Below, piece after piece: positions 23,947 to 32,000 of a DNA stretch of 32,000 nucleotides. Each line of letters opens with the position of its first letter. Positions within the stretch are counted from its first letter, which is position 1. Both the position numbers and the translations under genes were made by a program. The notes beneath the pieces are model-generated. The model was not told where the DNA came from. It searched no databases and saw only the letters and a list, made by a program, of their open reading frames with translations. This stretch comes from Halomicrobium mukohataei DSM 12286. GTDB taxonomy: Archaea; Halobacteriota; Halobacteria; Halobacteriales; Haloarculaceae. The stretch spans positions 2,820,001-2,852,000 of the forward strand of contig NC_013202.1 of assembly GCF_000023965.1 (NCBI RefSeq). The letters run 5' to 3'.

Positions 23947-24093
23947 ATGTCCTACAGAACGACGATCGGCTGGTCACTTCTCACTTCCGGACTCGTCACG
24001 CTCGTCCTCGGCTTTCTCCCCGGCAGCGACCTCTTCTGGGGGATCGCCCTGCTCGTGGTCGGCGTCGCCGCCCTCCTGGTCCGCCAGATGTGA
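23947..24093 (+). CDS. Candidate 48-aa two-TM micro-protein (not in the ORF track)
   Basis: Hand translation: MSYRTTIGWSLLTSGLVTLVLGFLPGSDLFWGIALLVVGVAALLVRQM, ending at TGA 24091-24093. It has native high-GC codon usage and begins exactly where the AT-rich islet ends. The only support is ORF shape and hydrophobicity. Confidence 0.4.
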   Translation: MSYRTTIGWSLLTSGLVTLVLGFLPGSDLFWGIALLVVGVAALLVRQM

Positions 24094-24140
24094 CGACCGC
24101 AGACAGAAAGAGAAAGGGGAGTCGACGTACACTGTCGATC

Positions 24141-25262
24141 ATGGACTATCAAACGCCCCGGTTCTTCCGGGTGGTCCAGTACGCGCGGCGCGCCGATCGA
24201 GACGTGATCGACATGGTGTCCGGAAGCCCGGACTGGGACCCGCCCGCAGGTATTCGCGACGGCCTTCGGGAGTACGCCGACTTCCCGGCCGACGACTTCC
24301 AGTACCTGCCGAGCGACGGGCTCCCGGAGCTACGCGAGCACGTCGCCGCCCGGCGCGGAGTCGACCGCGACCGCGTCATCGTCACCAACGGAGCCGGCGA
24401 AGCCAACCACCTCGCGATGTTCGGCGGTCTCGAACGGTTCGGCGGCAACGAGATACTGCTGACCGATCCGGTCTTTCCCTACTACGCCGGGCGAGCGCAC
24501 TTCCTCGACGCCGATGTCGGGTTCGTACCGGTCGAGGATCGAGGCCACCTCGATCCCGAGCGCGTCCGAGAACGGGCCAGCGAGGAGACGGCGGTGATCG
24601 TCGTCAACACGCCCAACAACCCGACGGGTGCGGTGTACGACGCCGACGTGATGGAACGGCTCGTCGAGATCGCCGAAGTGAACGACGCCCTGCTGGTCTC
24701 GGACGAGGTGTACGACCACTTCGACTACACCGGCCGGTTCAGTTCGGCCGTCGAAATCGACTCGCCCAACGTCGTCGCCACCAACTCCTTCTCGAAGGCG
24801 ATGGCGATTACCGGCCTGCGGGTCGGGTACGCCATCTTCCCGCCAGAGGACGGGCCGACCGGCGACCTGCTCGAACGAGCGCGAACGCGACACATGCTCA
24901 CGAACGTCACCGGCTCGCGCCCGGCACAGTACGCCGTCCTGCGGGCGCTCAAGACGACTGGGCCCGAGTACTACGCCGACATCCGAGATCGGCTCCGCGA
25001 GCGGATCGACACGTTCTGTGAGACACTGGAAGCTGCCGGAGCGGAGTACGACCGCCCCGAGGGCGGGTTCTACGTGATGGCCCGCTTCGAGGACTACGAC
25101 GGAAGCTTCGACCACGCCTACGAACTGATCGACGAGGCCGGCGTCGCGGGAATGCCCGGCCAGGCCTTCGGCGACTCGCGCAGCGAGTGGTTCCGCTTCG
25201 CGCTGATGACACCCCGCGTCGACGAGGCGGCCGACCGACTCGCGGCGTTTTTCTCCCGATAG
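24141..25262 (+). CDS. Class I/II pyridoxal-phosphate-dependent aminotransferase (aspartate/aromatic type)
   Basis: VVNTPNNPTG and NSFSKAMAITGLRVGY (PLP-lysine motif) are present. I set the start at MDYQTPRFF (ATG 24141). Confidence 0.85.
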   Translation: MDYQTPRFFRVVQYARRADRDVIDMVSGSPDWDPPAGIRDGLREYADFPADDFQYLPSDGLPELREHVAARRGVDRDRVIVTNGAGEANHLAMFGGLERFGGNEILLTDPVFPYYAGRAHFLDADVGFVPVEDRGHLDPERVRERASEETAVIVVNTPNNPTGAVYDADVMERLVEIAEVNDALLVSDEVYDHFDYTGRFSSAVEIDSPNVVATNSFSKAMAITGLRVGYAIFPPEDGPTGDLLERARTRHMLTNVTGSRPAQYAVLRALKTTGPEYYADIRDRLRERIDTFCETLEAAGAEYDRPEGGFYVMARFEDYDGSFDHAYELIDEAGVAGMPGQAFGDSRSEWFRFALMTPRVDEAADRLAAFFSR

Positions 25263-25484
25263 CTGACCGACAGTCAGCGTCTGATACACCGACCGTGAGC
25301 GTCGAGTAGCGACGGCACTGTCACCGGACGCGGCGTCGTCGCCCTCCTCGTCGGACTGTCCCGACGAGCGTCTTCCCCGTGGTGCGCAACGACGACGGTC
25401 CGTCTCATACTGCCGGCTGTAACTGTTGCAAGAGAGTCGCGATACGGAGTCGCGAAATTCGTCACAGACGTACAGCCGGTAGTA

Positions 25485-26648
25485 TCACTCCCTGACGACG
25501 TTCGATTCGAGGTCCCGCGGGTAGTAGGTGAGTCGCTCGATCCCGTCTGCCGTGATCGCGACGGTGTCCGAGTGGCGGTAGCCGGCCTCGTCGGTGTAGA
25601 GGCCCGGCTCGATCGTGTAGACGTGGCCCGGCCGCATCTCGGCGTCGTTGCCCCGATCGATGTAGGGCGGTTCGTGGCCGTCCATCCCGATGTTGTGACC
25701 CACGTGGTGGCGCGCGAGGTCGGCGACGCCCTGCTCCTCGAAGTAGTCCCACACCGCCTGGTCGACGTGGCTGACCGAGACGCCGGGGCCCATCGCCTCG
25801 AAGGCCACGTCCTGGGCTTCGACCATCAGTTCGAAGTAGTGGGTCTGCTCGTCGCCGACTTCGCCGACGAACATCGTCCGTTCGAGTTCGGCGTAGTAGC
25901 CGTCGACGTTGGCCGTCGCGCCCGTGACGAGCACGTCTCCGGTCGCGAGCCGCTCGTTGGGCGTGTGGCCGTGCGGGAGCGCCGTCTCCGAGCCGCTGAT
26001 GTAGCCGGCGTGGACCGGACCGTCGGCCCTGGTTCGGACGGCGTACTCGGAGCCGAGCGTGTCCAGCATGGCCCGTGACGCCTGAAGCGACGCCCGCTGG
26101 CTGACCGTCGCCGGATGCGCCCCCGGCTCGGTGAGGTCTGCGAGGTGGCGGTGCCCGAGGTTCGCCCACCGCGCGGACTCCTCGATGAGGGCGACTTCGG
26201 CGTCGCTCTTTGCCTCGCGCATCCCGGCCACCCAGCCGTCGTGTTCGGTCACGTCGAGGAACTCGCTCAGCGCCGGCCCCTCGTAGCCCATCACGCCCGG
26301 CGCGCCGTCGCTGTCTGTAAGGACCGTCTCGACGCCGAGTTCCGCGATCGCCTCGGCGACCGTCGCGATCGGCTCGCCGCCGGGGTAGTCGAAGTAGCTG
26401 TGGACGGCGTCGATCCGGGGGTTGGGCTCGACGCGCTCGACTTCGAGTCGGGGCACGGTGATCTCGACGCGCCCGTCGGTGACGACCAGCGCGACCGGGC
26501 GCTCGGTCTGGATGTGATGAAAGCCGGTCAGATACTCGATGCTCGTCGCGTCGAACCAGACGGCACCGTCGGCGTCGGCCGCCGCCAGCCGGTCGCGGAC
26601 GTTCGCGAGGCGATCGCGGAACTCGCTCGCCGGAAGTGTTGTCGGCAT
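25485..26648 (-). CDS. M24-family metallopeptidase (Xaa-Pro aminopeptidase/dipeptidase-like)
   Basis: A creatinase/prolidase-type N-domain is followed by a pita-bread domain, with DVLVTGATANVDGYYAELERT, HHVGHNIGMDGHEPP and YTIEPGLY metal-ligand motifs. Confidence 0.85.
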   Translation of the reverse strand: MPTTLPASEFRDRLANVRDRLAAADADGAVWFDATSIEYLTGFHHIQTERPVALVVTDGRVEITVPRLEVERVEPNPRIDAVHSYFDYPGGEPIATVAEAIAELGVETVLTDSDGAPGVMGYEGPALSEFLDVTEHDGWVAGMREAKSDAEVALIEESARWANLGHRHLADLTEPGAHPATVSQRASLQASRAMLDTLGSEYAVRTRADGPVHAGYISGSETALPHGHTPNERLATGDVLVTGATANVDGYYAELERTMFVGEVGDEQTHYFELMVEAQDVAFEAMGPGVSVSHVDQAVWDYFEEQGVADLARHHVGHNIGMDGHEPPYIDRGNDAEMRPGHVYTIEPGLYTDEAGYRHSDTVAITADGIERLTYYPRDLESNVVRE

Positions 26649-26696
26649 ACTCGCTCCAAGAGCCCGGCCAGAAAAAAGCCACCGCCGCCGGCACTC

Positions 26697-27302
26697 TCAG
26701 AGGCGGTCCCGCGCGGCTTCGAACGCCTCGCGCGTGTTGAGGTTCTCGAAGGTCGCCATCGTCGCGTGGCGTTCGATCTCGTCGCGGTCGATCACTGCGA
26801 CGTCGAGCGCGTCCAGTGTGACGGCCACGCGACGCTGGCCGTCGTCGAGCGCCCGCCGGCAGGCGTCGGCCATCGCGTCGGCGTGATAGACCGCCTGTGT
26901 CGTCTGGAGCCACTCGTCGGGCTGTGGGACGGCACCGTCGTGGCCCGCCGCCCGTTCGAAGAGGTGTGCGACCAGAGCGGGCTCGACGAACGGCATATCG
27001 CAGGCGACGACGGCGGCGTACTCTCCCGCGACCGCGTCGAGTCCCGTCTCGATCCCGGCCAGCGGGCCGCGATCCGGGACGGGATCCAGCGCGAACGAGA
27101 CCGGCACGTCGAGGCCGTCGAGGGCCGCCGCCACGTCCCGACGCTGGTCCGCGCGGCAGTTGACCACCAGCTCGTCGACGACCCGCGCGAGACGGTCGGC
27201 GACCCGTCGAACCATCGGTGTCCCCGCGAGGTCGGCCAGCGCCTTGTCTCCGTCGCCAAAGCGCGTCGAGCGCCCGCCAGCGACGACGACGCCACTCTGC
27301 AT
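26697..27302 (-). CDS. mobA: Molybdenum cofactor guanylyltransferase
   Basis: MQSGVVVAGGRSTRFGDGDKALADLAG carries the MobA nucleotide-binding signature, and VVACDMPF is also present. The start is ATG at the complement of 27300-27302. Confidence 0.8.
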   Translation of the reverse strand: MQSGVVVAGGRSTRFGDGDKALADLAGTPMVRRVADRLARVVDELVVNCRADQRRDVAAALDGLDVPVSFALDPVPDRGPLAGIETGLDAVAGEYAAVVACDMPFVEPALVAHLFERAAGHDGAVPQPDEWLQTTQAVYHADAMADACRRALDDGQRRVAVTLDALDVAVIDRDEIERHATMATFENLNTREAFEAARDRL

Positions 27303-27403
27303 AGCTGGCCGTTCGCGGCGAGTCCTAAAGAGCGTTGGCCGCACGGTCGCGTCCAGTCACACAAGCACAACCCCTTTGCACCGGCCAGCCCAAGCAATCG
27401 CCA

Positions 27404-28360
27404 ATGTCGAAGTGCGACGCGTGTGGTAAGACCGAGAACATGCCGTACCGGTGTCACCACTGCGGGGGGACCTACTGCTCGGAGCACCGGCTGCCGGAGG
27501 CACACGACTGTCCGGGGCTGGACGACTGGGGTGACCCCGACGGCGTGTTCGACAGCGGATTCGACGACAGTGTCGACGACGGCGGAGGCCGCGGACTCGG
27601 CGACCGGCTCTCGGTCGACACCGGGCCGGGCAGCATCCTCGGGTACTTCCGCGGGAACGCGACCTACACCATGCTGGGCCTGATGTGGGTCACGTTCCTC
27701 TTGCAGCATCTGGTGGTCCTCGTGGGCATCCCGATCGGCGGGCCGACCTGGAGCGCGATCTTCACACTCCAGCCCCAGCACCCAGAGTACGTCTGGACCT
27801 GGTTCACCTCCGTGTTCTCTCACGCGCCGCTGAGCCTCGGCCACATCGCGCTGAACAGCATCGTGATCTTCTTCTTCGGCCGGATCGTCGAGGACTACGT
27901 CGGATCGAAGAAGTTCACGATCCTGTTTCTCGTCTCCGGTGCGCTGGCCGGCCTCGGTCAGATCGGGCTCTCGCACCTGCTCGTCTTCCTCGGTTACCAG
28001 CCCGGCCTCGGTGCCGGCGTTCTGGGGGCCAGCGGTGCCGGACTGGCGATCATGGGCGTCCTGACGGTCCTCAACCCCGGCCTCCGGGTCTACCTCTACT
28101 TCCTGATTCCGGTGCCGATCTGGGCGATCACCGGCTTCTACGTGATCGTCAGCGTCGCCGGCATTCTCGGCGTCGGCGGCCCCTTCACCGGCGGCAACGT
28201 CGCCGACATGGCCCACCTCGTCGGCCTCGTGATCGGGCTGTGGTACGGCAGTCAGGTCAAAGGCCAGCGGCGAACGCCCGATCAGTTGCAGTTCGGCGGC
28301 GGCGGTCGCGGACCCGGCGGTCCCGGCGGACCGGGCGGTCCCGGCCGCGGTCGGTTCTGA
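27404..28360 (+). CDS. Rhomboid-family intramembrane serine protease with an N-terminal AN1-type zinc finger and a Gly/Pro-rich tail
   Basis: CDACGKTENMPYRCHHCGGTYCSEHRLPEAHDC is an AN1 finger. The rhomboid core has GASGAGLAIMG (catalytic Ser) and ADMAHLVGL (catalytic His). The C-terminus GGGGRGPGGPGGPGGPGRGRF is encoded by a short GGN-CCN repeat. Confidence 0.85.
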   Translation: MSKCDACGKTENMPYRCHHCGGTYCSEHRLPEAHDCPGLDDWGDPDGVFDSGFDDSVDDGGGRGLGDRLSVDTGPGSILGYFRGNATYTMLGLMWVTFLLQHLVVLVGIPIGGPTWSAIFTLQPQHPEYVWTWFTSVFSHAPLSLGHIALNSIVIFFFGRIVEDYVGSKKFTILFLVSGALAGLGQIGLSHLLVFLGYQPGLGAGVLGASGAGLAIMGVLTVLNPGLRVYLYFLIPVPIWAITGFYVIVSVAGILGVGGPFTGGNVADMAHLVGLVIGLWYGSQVKGQRRTPDQLQFGGGGRGPGGPGGPGGPGRGRF

Positions 28361-29178
28361 TGGAGCCCGCTCGACCCGAGTTCGTCCCCGATCCGGCGCT
28401 CTCGCGCGGCGAGATGGAGTCGCTCCAGCGAGAGATCGCCGCCGAGGCGACGTTCGCGGACGACCTCGGCTTCGATCCGGCGGCGCTCCGGTCCGACCCC
28501 GAGCAGCACAGACTGGGCGAGGATGTCGGGGACGGCTCTGACAGCGCGCCAGCGCAGCCGCTGGTCGCGGGCGTCGACCAGGCCTTCGTCGACGACGTGG
28601 CGGTCTCGGCGGTCGTCGTCAGCCGCGGCGACGAGGTCGTCGAACGCGTCCACGCCGCCGTCGAGACGGAAATCCCCTACATTCCGGGGCTGCTCTCCTT
28701 TCGCGAGGGCGGGGCGATCCTCGCGGCGCTCGGGGAACTACGACGGACGCCGGACCTGCTGGTCGTCGACGGCAGCGGCCGCATCCACTTTCGGGAAGCC
28801 GGGCTGGCGACCCACGTCGGCGTCCTGTTCGACGTGCCCGCGATCGGCGTCGCCAAGAGCCTCCTCTGTGGCCGGCCCCGAGAGTCGCTCGACGGGAAAC
28901 TCTCGGTCGGAACGACCGTCGGAATCGAGGCCGACGACAGCGTCGAGACGGCCACGCCGGGGGCGCTGATCGGCCACGCCGTCCAGACCCGACAGTACGA
29001 CTCGCCCAAGCGCCACGTCAATCCGCTGTACGTCAGCCCCGGCCACCGCGTCGGGGCCGAGACTGTCCCCGAGCTCGTGCTCGCGACCACGGCCGGCTAC
29101 AAGCTCCCGGAGCCGACGCGGCTGGCCGACAGCGACGCCGACGAGGCGAAGGCCGCAGTGCGAGACGATCGGGCCTGA
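28360..29178 (+). CDS. nfi: Endonuclease V (deoxyinosine 3' endonuclease)
   Basis: VAGVDQAF, IPYIPGLLSFREG and VDGSGRIHFREAGLATHVG match the Nfi catalytic motifs. The ATG overlaps the rhomboid TGA by 1 nt. Confidence 0.85.
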   Translation: MEPARPEFVPDPALSRGEMESLQREIAAEATFADDLGFDPAALRSDPEQHRLGEDVGDGSDSAPAQPLVAGVDQAFVDDVAVSAVVVSRGDEVVERVHAAVETEIPYIPGLLSFREGGAILAALGELRRTPDLLVVDGSGRIHFREAGLATHVGVLFDVPAIGVAKSLLCGRPRESLDGKLSVGTTVGIEADDSVETATPGALIGHAVQTRQYDSPKRHVNPLYVSPGHRVGAETVPELVLATTAGYKLPEPTRLADSDADEAKAAVRDDRA

Positions 29179-29204
29179 CAGTCTTCACCGAATCCACGTG
29201 ACTA

Positions 29205-29522
29205 ATGTACCGGTCTGGTGAAGGGCCGGGCGTGTCCCTCCAACCAGTGTTTCTCGCCGCCGACGGCGGCCTCGACTACGATCGGATCGTCACCGAAGTG
29301 GTCCCCATCGCCAACCTGATCCTCCTGTTCGCTGCAGTCTCGCTGCCTGCATTCGTGCTCGGACTGTTGGTGGGTCCGGAACTTAGCGTACTGTTCTTTC
29401 TCGTCGGTCAGTTCGTCCTCGCAGTCGGGGTCGCCGTCGTCCTCATGTACGTGATCGTCCGGGCGCTCCAGCTCCACGAGGAACGCGAGTCGGCGGCGAC
29501 CGACGGATCGGCCGACCGGTGA
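29205..29522 (+). CDS. Hypothetical small membrane protein (105 aa)
   Basis: ATG ORF with two long hydrophobic helices and an acidic tail. No family recognised. Confidence 0.45.
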   Translation: MYRSGEGPGVSLQPVFLAADGGLDYDRIVTEVVPIANLILLFAAVSLPAFVLGLLVGPELSVLFFLVGQFVLAVGVAVVLMYVIVRALQLHEERESAATDGSADR

Positions 29523-29559
29523 CGGGAAGGTTAACTATCAGGGGGGCGAGGCTGCCGAC

Positions 29560-30378
29560 ATGACGAAGACGGCGCTGATAACGGGTGCCTCCTCTGGCAT
29601 CGGGCGGGCGACGGCCGAGGCGTTTCTCGCGGACGACTGGCAGGTGTGGGCGACGGCCCGGAACGAGGCCGACGTGGCCGGTCTCGCCGACTCGGGTGCG
29701 AAGACGGCCGAACTCGACGTGACCAACGCTCGCGAGTGCGAGCGGGTCGTCGAGACGGTCGTCGGGGCCGAGGGACGCATCGACTGTCTGGTCAACAACG
29801 CGGGCTACGGCCAGTACGGCCCCCTCGAAGACGTGACGACGGCACAGCTCCACGAGCAGTTCGACGTGAACGTCTACGGCCCCCACCGACTCACGCGGGC
29901 GGTCCTGCCTCACATGCGGGACCGCGAGGACGGCACGATCGTCAACGTCTCCAGCGTCAACGGCCGGATCGCGACGCCGGGGGCCGGAGCCTACGCCGGC
30001 TCGAAGTTCGCCCTCGAAGCGATGAGCGACTCGCTGCGAGCCGAGGTCGCCGACTTCGGCGTCGACGTGGTCCTGGTCGAGCCCGGTCCCGTGGAGACGA
30101 ACTTCGTCGACCGGGCGGGCGAGGCGATGGCCGACACGGACGCCTCCGGCGCGTACGGGTGGCTCTACGAGCTCTACGAGGACACCGCGCTGGTCAGCGA
30201 GAACGCGGTGTCGGTCTCGCCAGAAGCGGTCGCACACGCGATCCGTGACGCCGCCGTGACCACCGATCCACGGCCGCGATACCCCGTCGGCCAGTTCGCT
30301 CGCGTCGCCACCCTCGCCAGCCACCTCCCGGGTCGCTGGCGGGACCTGGCGGTCGCCGTCCTGCGGAAGCTCGTCTGA
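29560..30378 (+). CDS. Short-chain dehydrogenase/reductase (SDR) family oxidoreductase
   Basis: Contains the TGASSGIGRA cofactor motif, NNAG, and the S...YAGSK catalytic triad region. Confidence 0.9.
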   Translation: MTKTALITGASSGIGRATAEAFLADDWQVWATARNEADVAGLADSGAKTAELDVTNARECERVVETVVGAEGRIDCLVNNAGYGQYGPLEDVTTAQLHEQFDVNVYGPHRLTRAVLPHMRDREDGTIVNVSSVNGRIATPGAGAYAGSKFALEAMSDSLRAEVADFGVDVVLVEPGPVETNFVDRAGEAMADTDASGAYGWLYELYEDTALVSENAVSVSPEAVAHAIRDAAVTTDPRPRYPVGQFARVATLASHLPGRWRDLAVAVLRKLV

Positions 30379-30418
30379 CCGGCCCGGCGTTTTTGCGACT
30401 CGGGCACGTCGTGTCGGT

Positions 30419-31036
30419 ATGCCCGACGCTGCCGTACTCCTGTTCGACGGGGTCGAATCGCTCGACGCCGTCGGCCCGTACGACGTGCTGGCGAGAGCGA
30501 TAGAGAGCGACGGAGCCCTCGCCGACGTGGCGCTCGTGACCGCGACGCCGACCGAGAGCGTGACCGCGAGCAAGGGAACCGAGATCGTGCCACACGGTAC
30601 GCTCGACGCCGAGGACCCGCCCGACTACCTGCTCGTGCCGGGCGGGCGCTGGGCCAGCGGGACCGACGGGGGCGTCAGAGCGGCCGTCGAACGCGGCGTC
30701 GTCCCGGACCTCGTCGCGGACTGTCACGCCGCCGGCTCGACGGTCGCCGCAGTCTGTACCGGTGCGATGGTACTCGCCCGCGCCGGACTCCTCGACGGCC
30801 GCCCGGCAGTGACCCACGCCAGCGCGCTGTCGGACCTCGCCGCCACGGACGCGACGGTCGTCGACGCGCGCGTCGTCGACGACGGCGACGTGCTCACTGC
30901 CGGCGGCGTCACCGCCGGCATCGATCTCGCGCTGTGGCTCGTCGAACGCGAGTGGGGCACGGGCGTCGCCGAACGCGTGCGAACGACGCTCGAATACGAC
31001 CGTTCGGACGACATCTACCGGAGCGAGAGCGTCTAG
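30419..31036 (+). CDS. DJ-1/PfpI-family protein (class I glutamine amidotransferase-like fold)
   Basis: AAVCTGAMVLARAGLLDGRPAVTH is the nucleophile-elbow Cys motif, and TAGGVTAGIDLAL is also present. Confidence 0.85.
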   Translation: MPDAAVLLFDGVESLDAVGPYDVLARAIESDGALADVALVTATPTESVTASKGTEIVPHGTLDAEDPPDYLLVPGGRWASGTDGGVRAAVERGVVPDLVADCHAAGSTVAAVCTGAMVLARAGLLDGRPAVTHASALSDLAATDATVVDARVVDDGDVLTAGGVTAGIDLALWLVEREWGTGVAERVRTTLEYDRSDDIYRSESV

Positions 31037-32000
31037 TCCAGGCAGGCCGCGACGACTTCCAGCAGCTCCTCGCCCTGGACCTCCTCGGCCAGCAGCGGCA
31101 CGCGCCGGACCTCGTGCCCCCGGAAGAGGTCCTGAGAGCGGGCCAGCGCGTCCTGCTGGACGGACCACCGACGGGCACAGAACTCGCAGTCGTCGTGGTT
31201 CGGACCGACGTAGTCGCCCGGTAGTTCCGCGTCGACGACGCTGTCGAGGTCCTGTAACACGCGGTTGACGACGAGGGTTCCGGCCGGGATACCGAAGGCC
31301 TCTAGCCGGTCCAGCAGCCGCTCGGACTCCATCACCGAGAGCTCTTCGGGCACCATCACGACCCGGAAGTCGGTCTTCTCGGGGTCGCGCAGGACCGCCC
31401 GGAGCTGTTCGATCTGCTCGCGCATCGCCTGGAGGTCGCGCTCCATCTCCTCTTGGTCCGCGTCGTCGCCGAACATCCCGCCGAGCCCCTCAAGCATGCC
31501 CGACATGCGATCTTTGAGCGTCAGCAGCTTTCCGAGCATCGAGTCCATCGCCTCGGGCAGTTCCAGCAGTCGGAGCGTGTGGCCGGTCGGCGCTGTGTCG
31601 ACGACCACGCGCTCGAAGCGGTCGTCGTCCATGTACTGCAAGAGCAGTCGCATGGCCGCGGCCTCGTCCGATCCCGGCATCGATCCCGCGAGCGGGTTCG
31701 CGTCCTCGCCGCCGAGCAGCTGTTCGAGACCGCCGAGGTCGCCGTCCATCCCCAGCGGTCCCTCCCCGACGGCGGCCTCCGGGTCGATCTCGGCGGCGTA
31801 CAGCGGGAGGTCCTCGCGGATCCGCGCGGGCTCGGCGGGGATCTCGGTCCCGAGCGTGTCTGACAGGGAGTGTGCCGGGTCGGTCGAGACGACCAGCGTC
31901 GCCGTGCCGTCGCGGGCGCTCGCAAGCGCCGTTGCCGCGGCACAGGTGGTCTTGCCGACGCCGCCCTTGCCGCCGTAGAGGACGTAGTCCGGCGCGTCGA
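31033..32000 (-). CDS. arsA: ArsA/GET3-family ATPase, C-terminal about 320 aa (the N-terminus lies beyond the right edge)
   Basis: Reverse translation at the window edge gives YGGKGGVGKTTCAAATA (P-loop) and VVSTDPAHSLSD. DTAPTGHTLRLLELP (switch II signature) occurs further on. It is convergent with the DJ-1 gene, and the two stops overlap (CTAG). Confidence 0.85.
   Translation of the reverse strand, partial: DAPDYVLYGGKGGVGKTTCAAATALASARDGTATLVVSTDPAHSLSDTLGTEIPAEPARIREDLPLYAAEIDPEAAVGEGPLGMDGDLGGLEQLLGGEDANPLAGSMPGSDEAAAMRLLLQYMDDDRFERVVVDTAPTGHTLRLLELPEAMDSMLGKLLTLKDRMSGMLEGLGGMFGDDADQEEMERDLQAMREQIEQLRAVLRDPEKTDFRVVMVPEELSVMESERLLDRLEAFGIPAGTLVVNRVLQDLDSVVDAELPGDYVGPNHDDCEFCARRWSVQQDALARSQDLFRGHEVRRVPLLAEEVQGEELLEVVAACLD

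Noticed and set aside
23952-24152. 66-aa minus-strand ORF overlapping the candidate 48-aa gene.
   Set aside because: The product is Arg/Thr/Ser/Pro-rich and basic (wrong-frame signature). The plus-strand frame gives a clean two-TM hydrophobic peptide.
25274-25465. 63-aa minus-strand ORF in the convergent spacer between the aminotransferase and the peptidase.
   Set aside because: It is basic and Arg-rich, unlike haloarchaeal proteins, with no motif. It lies where two terminators are expected. A short CTGAC...GTCAG stem right after the aminotransferase stop is a more plausible feature.
28294-28357. Gly/Pro-rich (GGP)n tail of the rhomboid protease, encoded by a short GGN-CCN repeat.
   Set aside because: It is a low-complexity linker or tail of a type common in haloarchaeal membrane proteins. 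It lies in frame within a well-supported gene, and nothing suggests an independent element.

Overview
High-GC archaeal chromosome segment, almost certainly a haloarchaeon (class Halobacteria). Evidence: archaeal DtdA, FtsZ, SecE and Spt5/NusG, very acidic proteins, many Tat-lipoprotein signals, and ATGA/GTGA-coupled operons. I found no rRNA, full tRNA, CRISPR array, transposase or integrase.

Layout:
- 1-5.4 kb: partial aroE and a CaCA-like exchanger, then the conserved dtdA-ftsZ-(small membrane ORF)-secE-nusG cluster.
- 5.3-5.86 kb: a near-perfect 182-bp x3 tandem array that re-copies the nusG 3' end and its terminator region.
- 5.9-20.6 kb: an uninterrupted run of minus-strand genes.
  - An ABC-2 transporter with a coupled Tat lipoprotein.
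  - A C2H2 zinc-finger micro-protein.
  - Two paralogous 7-bladed beta-propeller modules, each tied to small or metal-binding membrane proteins.
  - A PadR regulator.
  - A copper-flavoured operon: HMA chaperone, SO_0444/DUF318-like permease with a TRASH-like Cys motif, MFS-like protein, and an orphan haem-copper oxidase subunit I.
  - A DUF389 protein coupled to an unknown membrane protein.
- 20.9-22.7 kb: PHP-domain protein, DUF457 hydrolase, PncC/CinA.
- 22.77-23.95 kb: a sharply AT-rich islet carrying a divergent pair. One gene is a Tat-signal secreted protein. The other is a 74-aa two-TM protein that is a clear paralogue of the small ORF between ftsZ and secE.
- 24-32 kb: housekeeping genes (aminotransferase, M24 peptidase, mobA, AN1-rhomboid, nfi, SDR, DJ-1/PfpI, partial ArsA/GET3 ATPase).

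The most unusual items are the low-GC islet with its paralogue link to the ftsZ locus, the nusG-terminator tandem array, and the copper/oxidase and propeller modules. All family assignments come from motif recognition by eye. No database search was possible.
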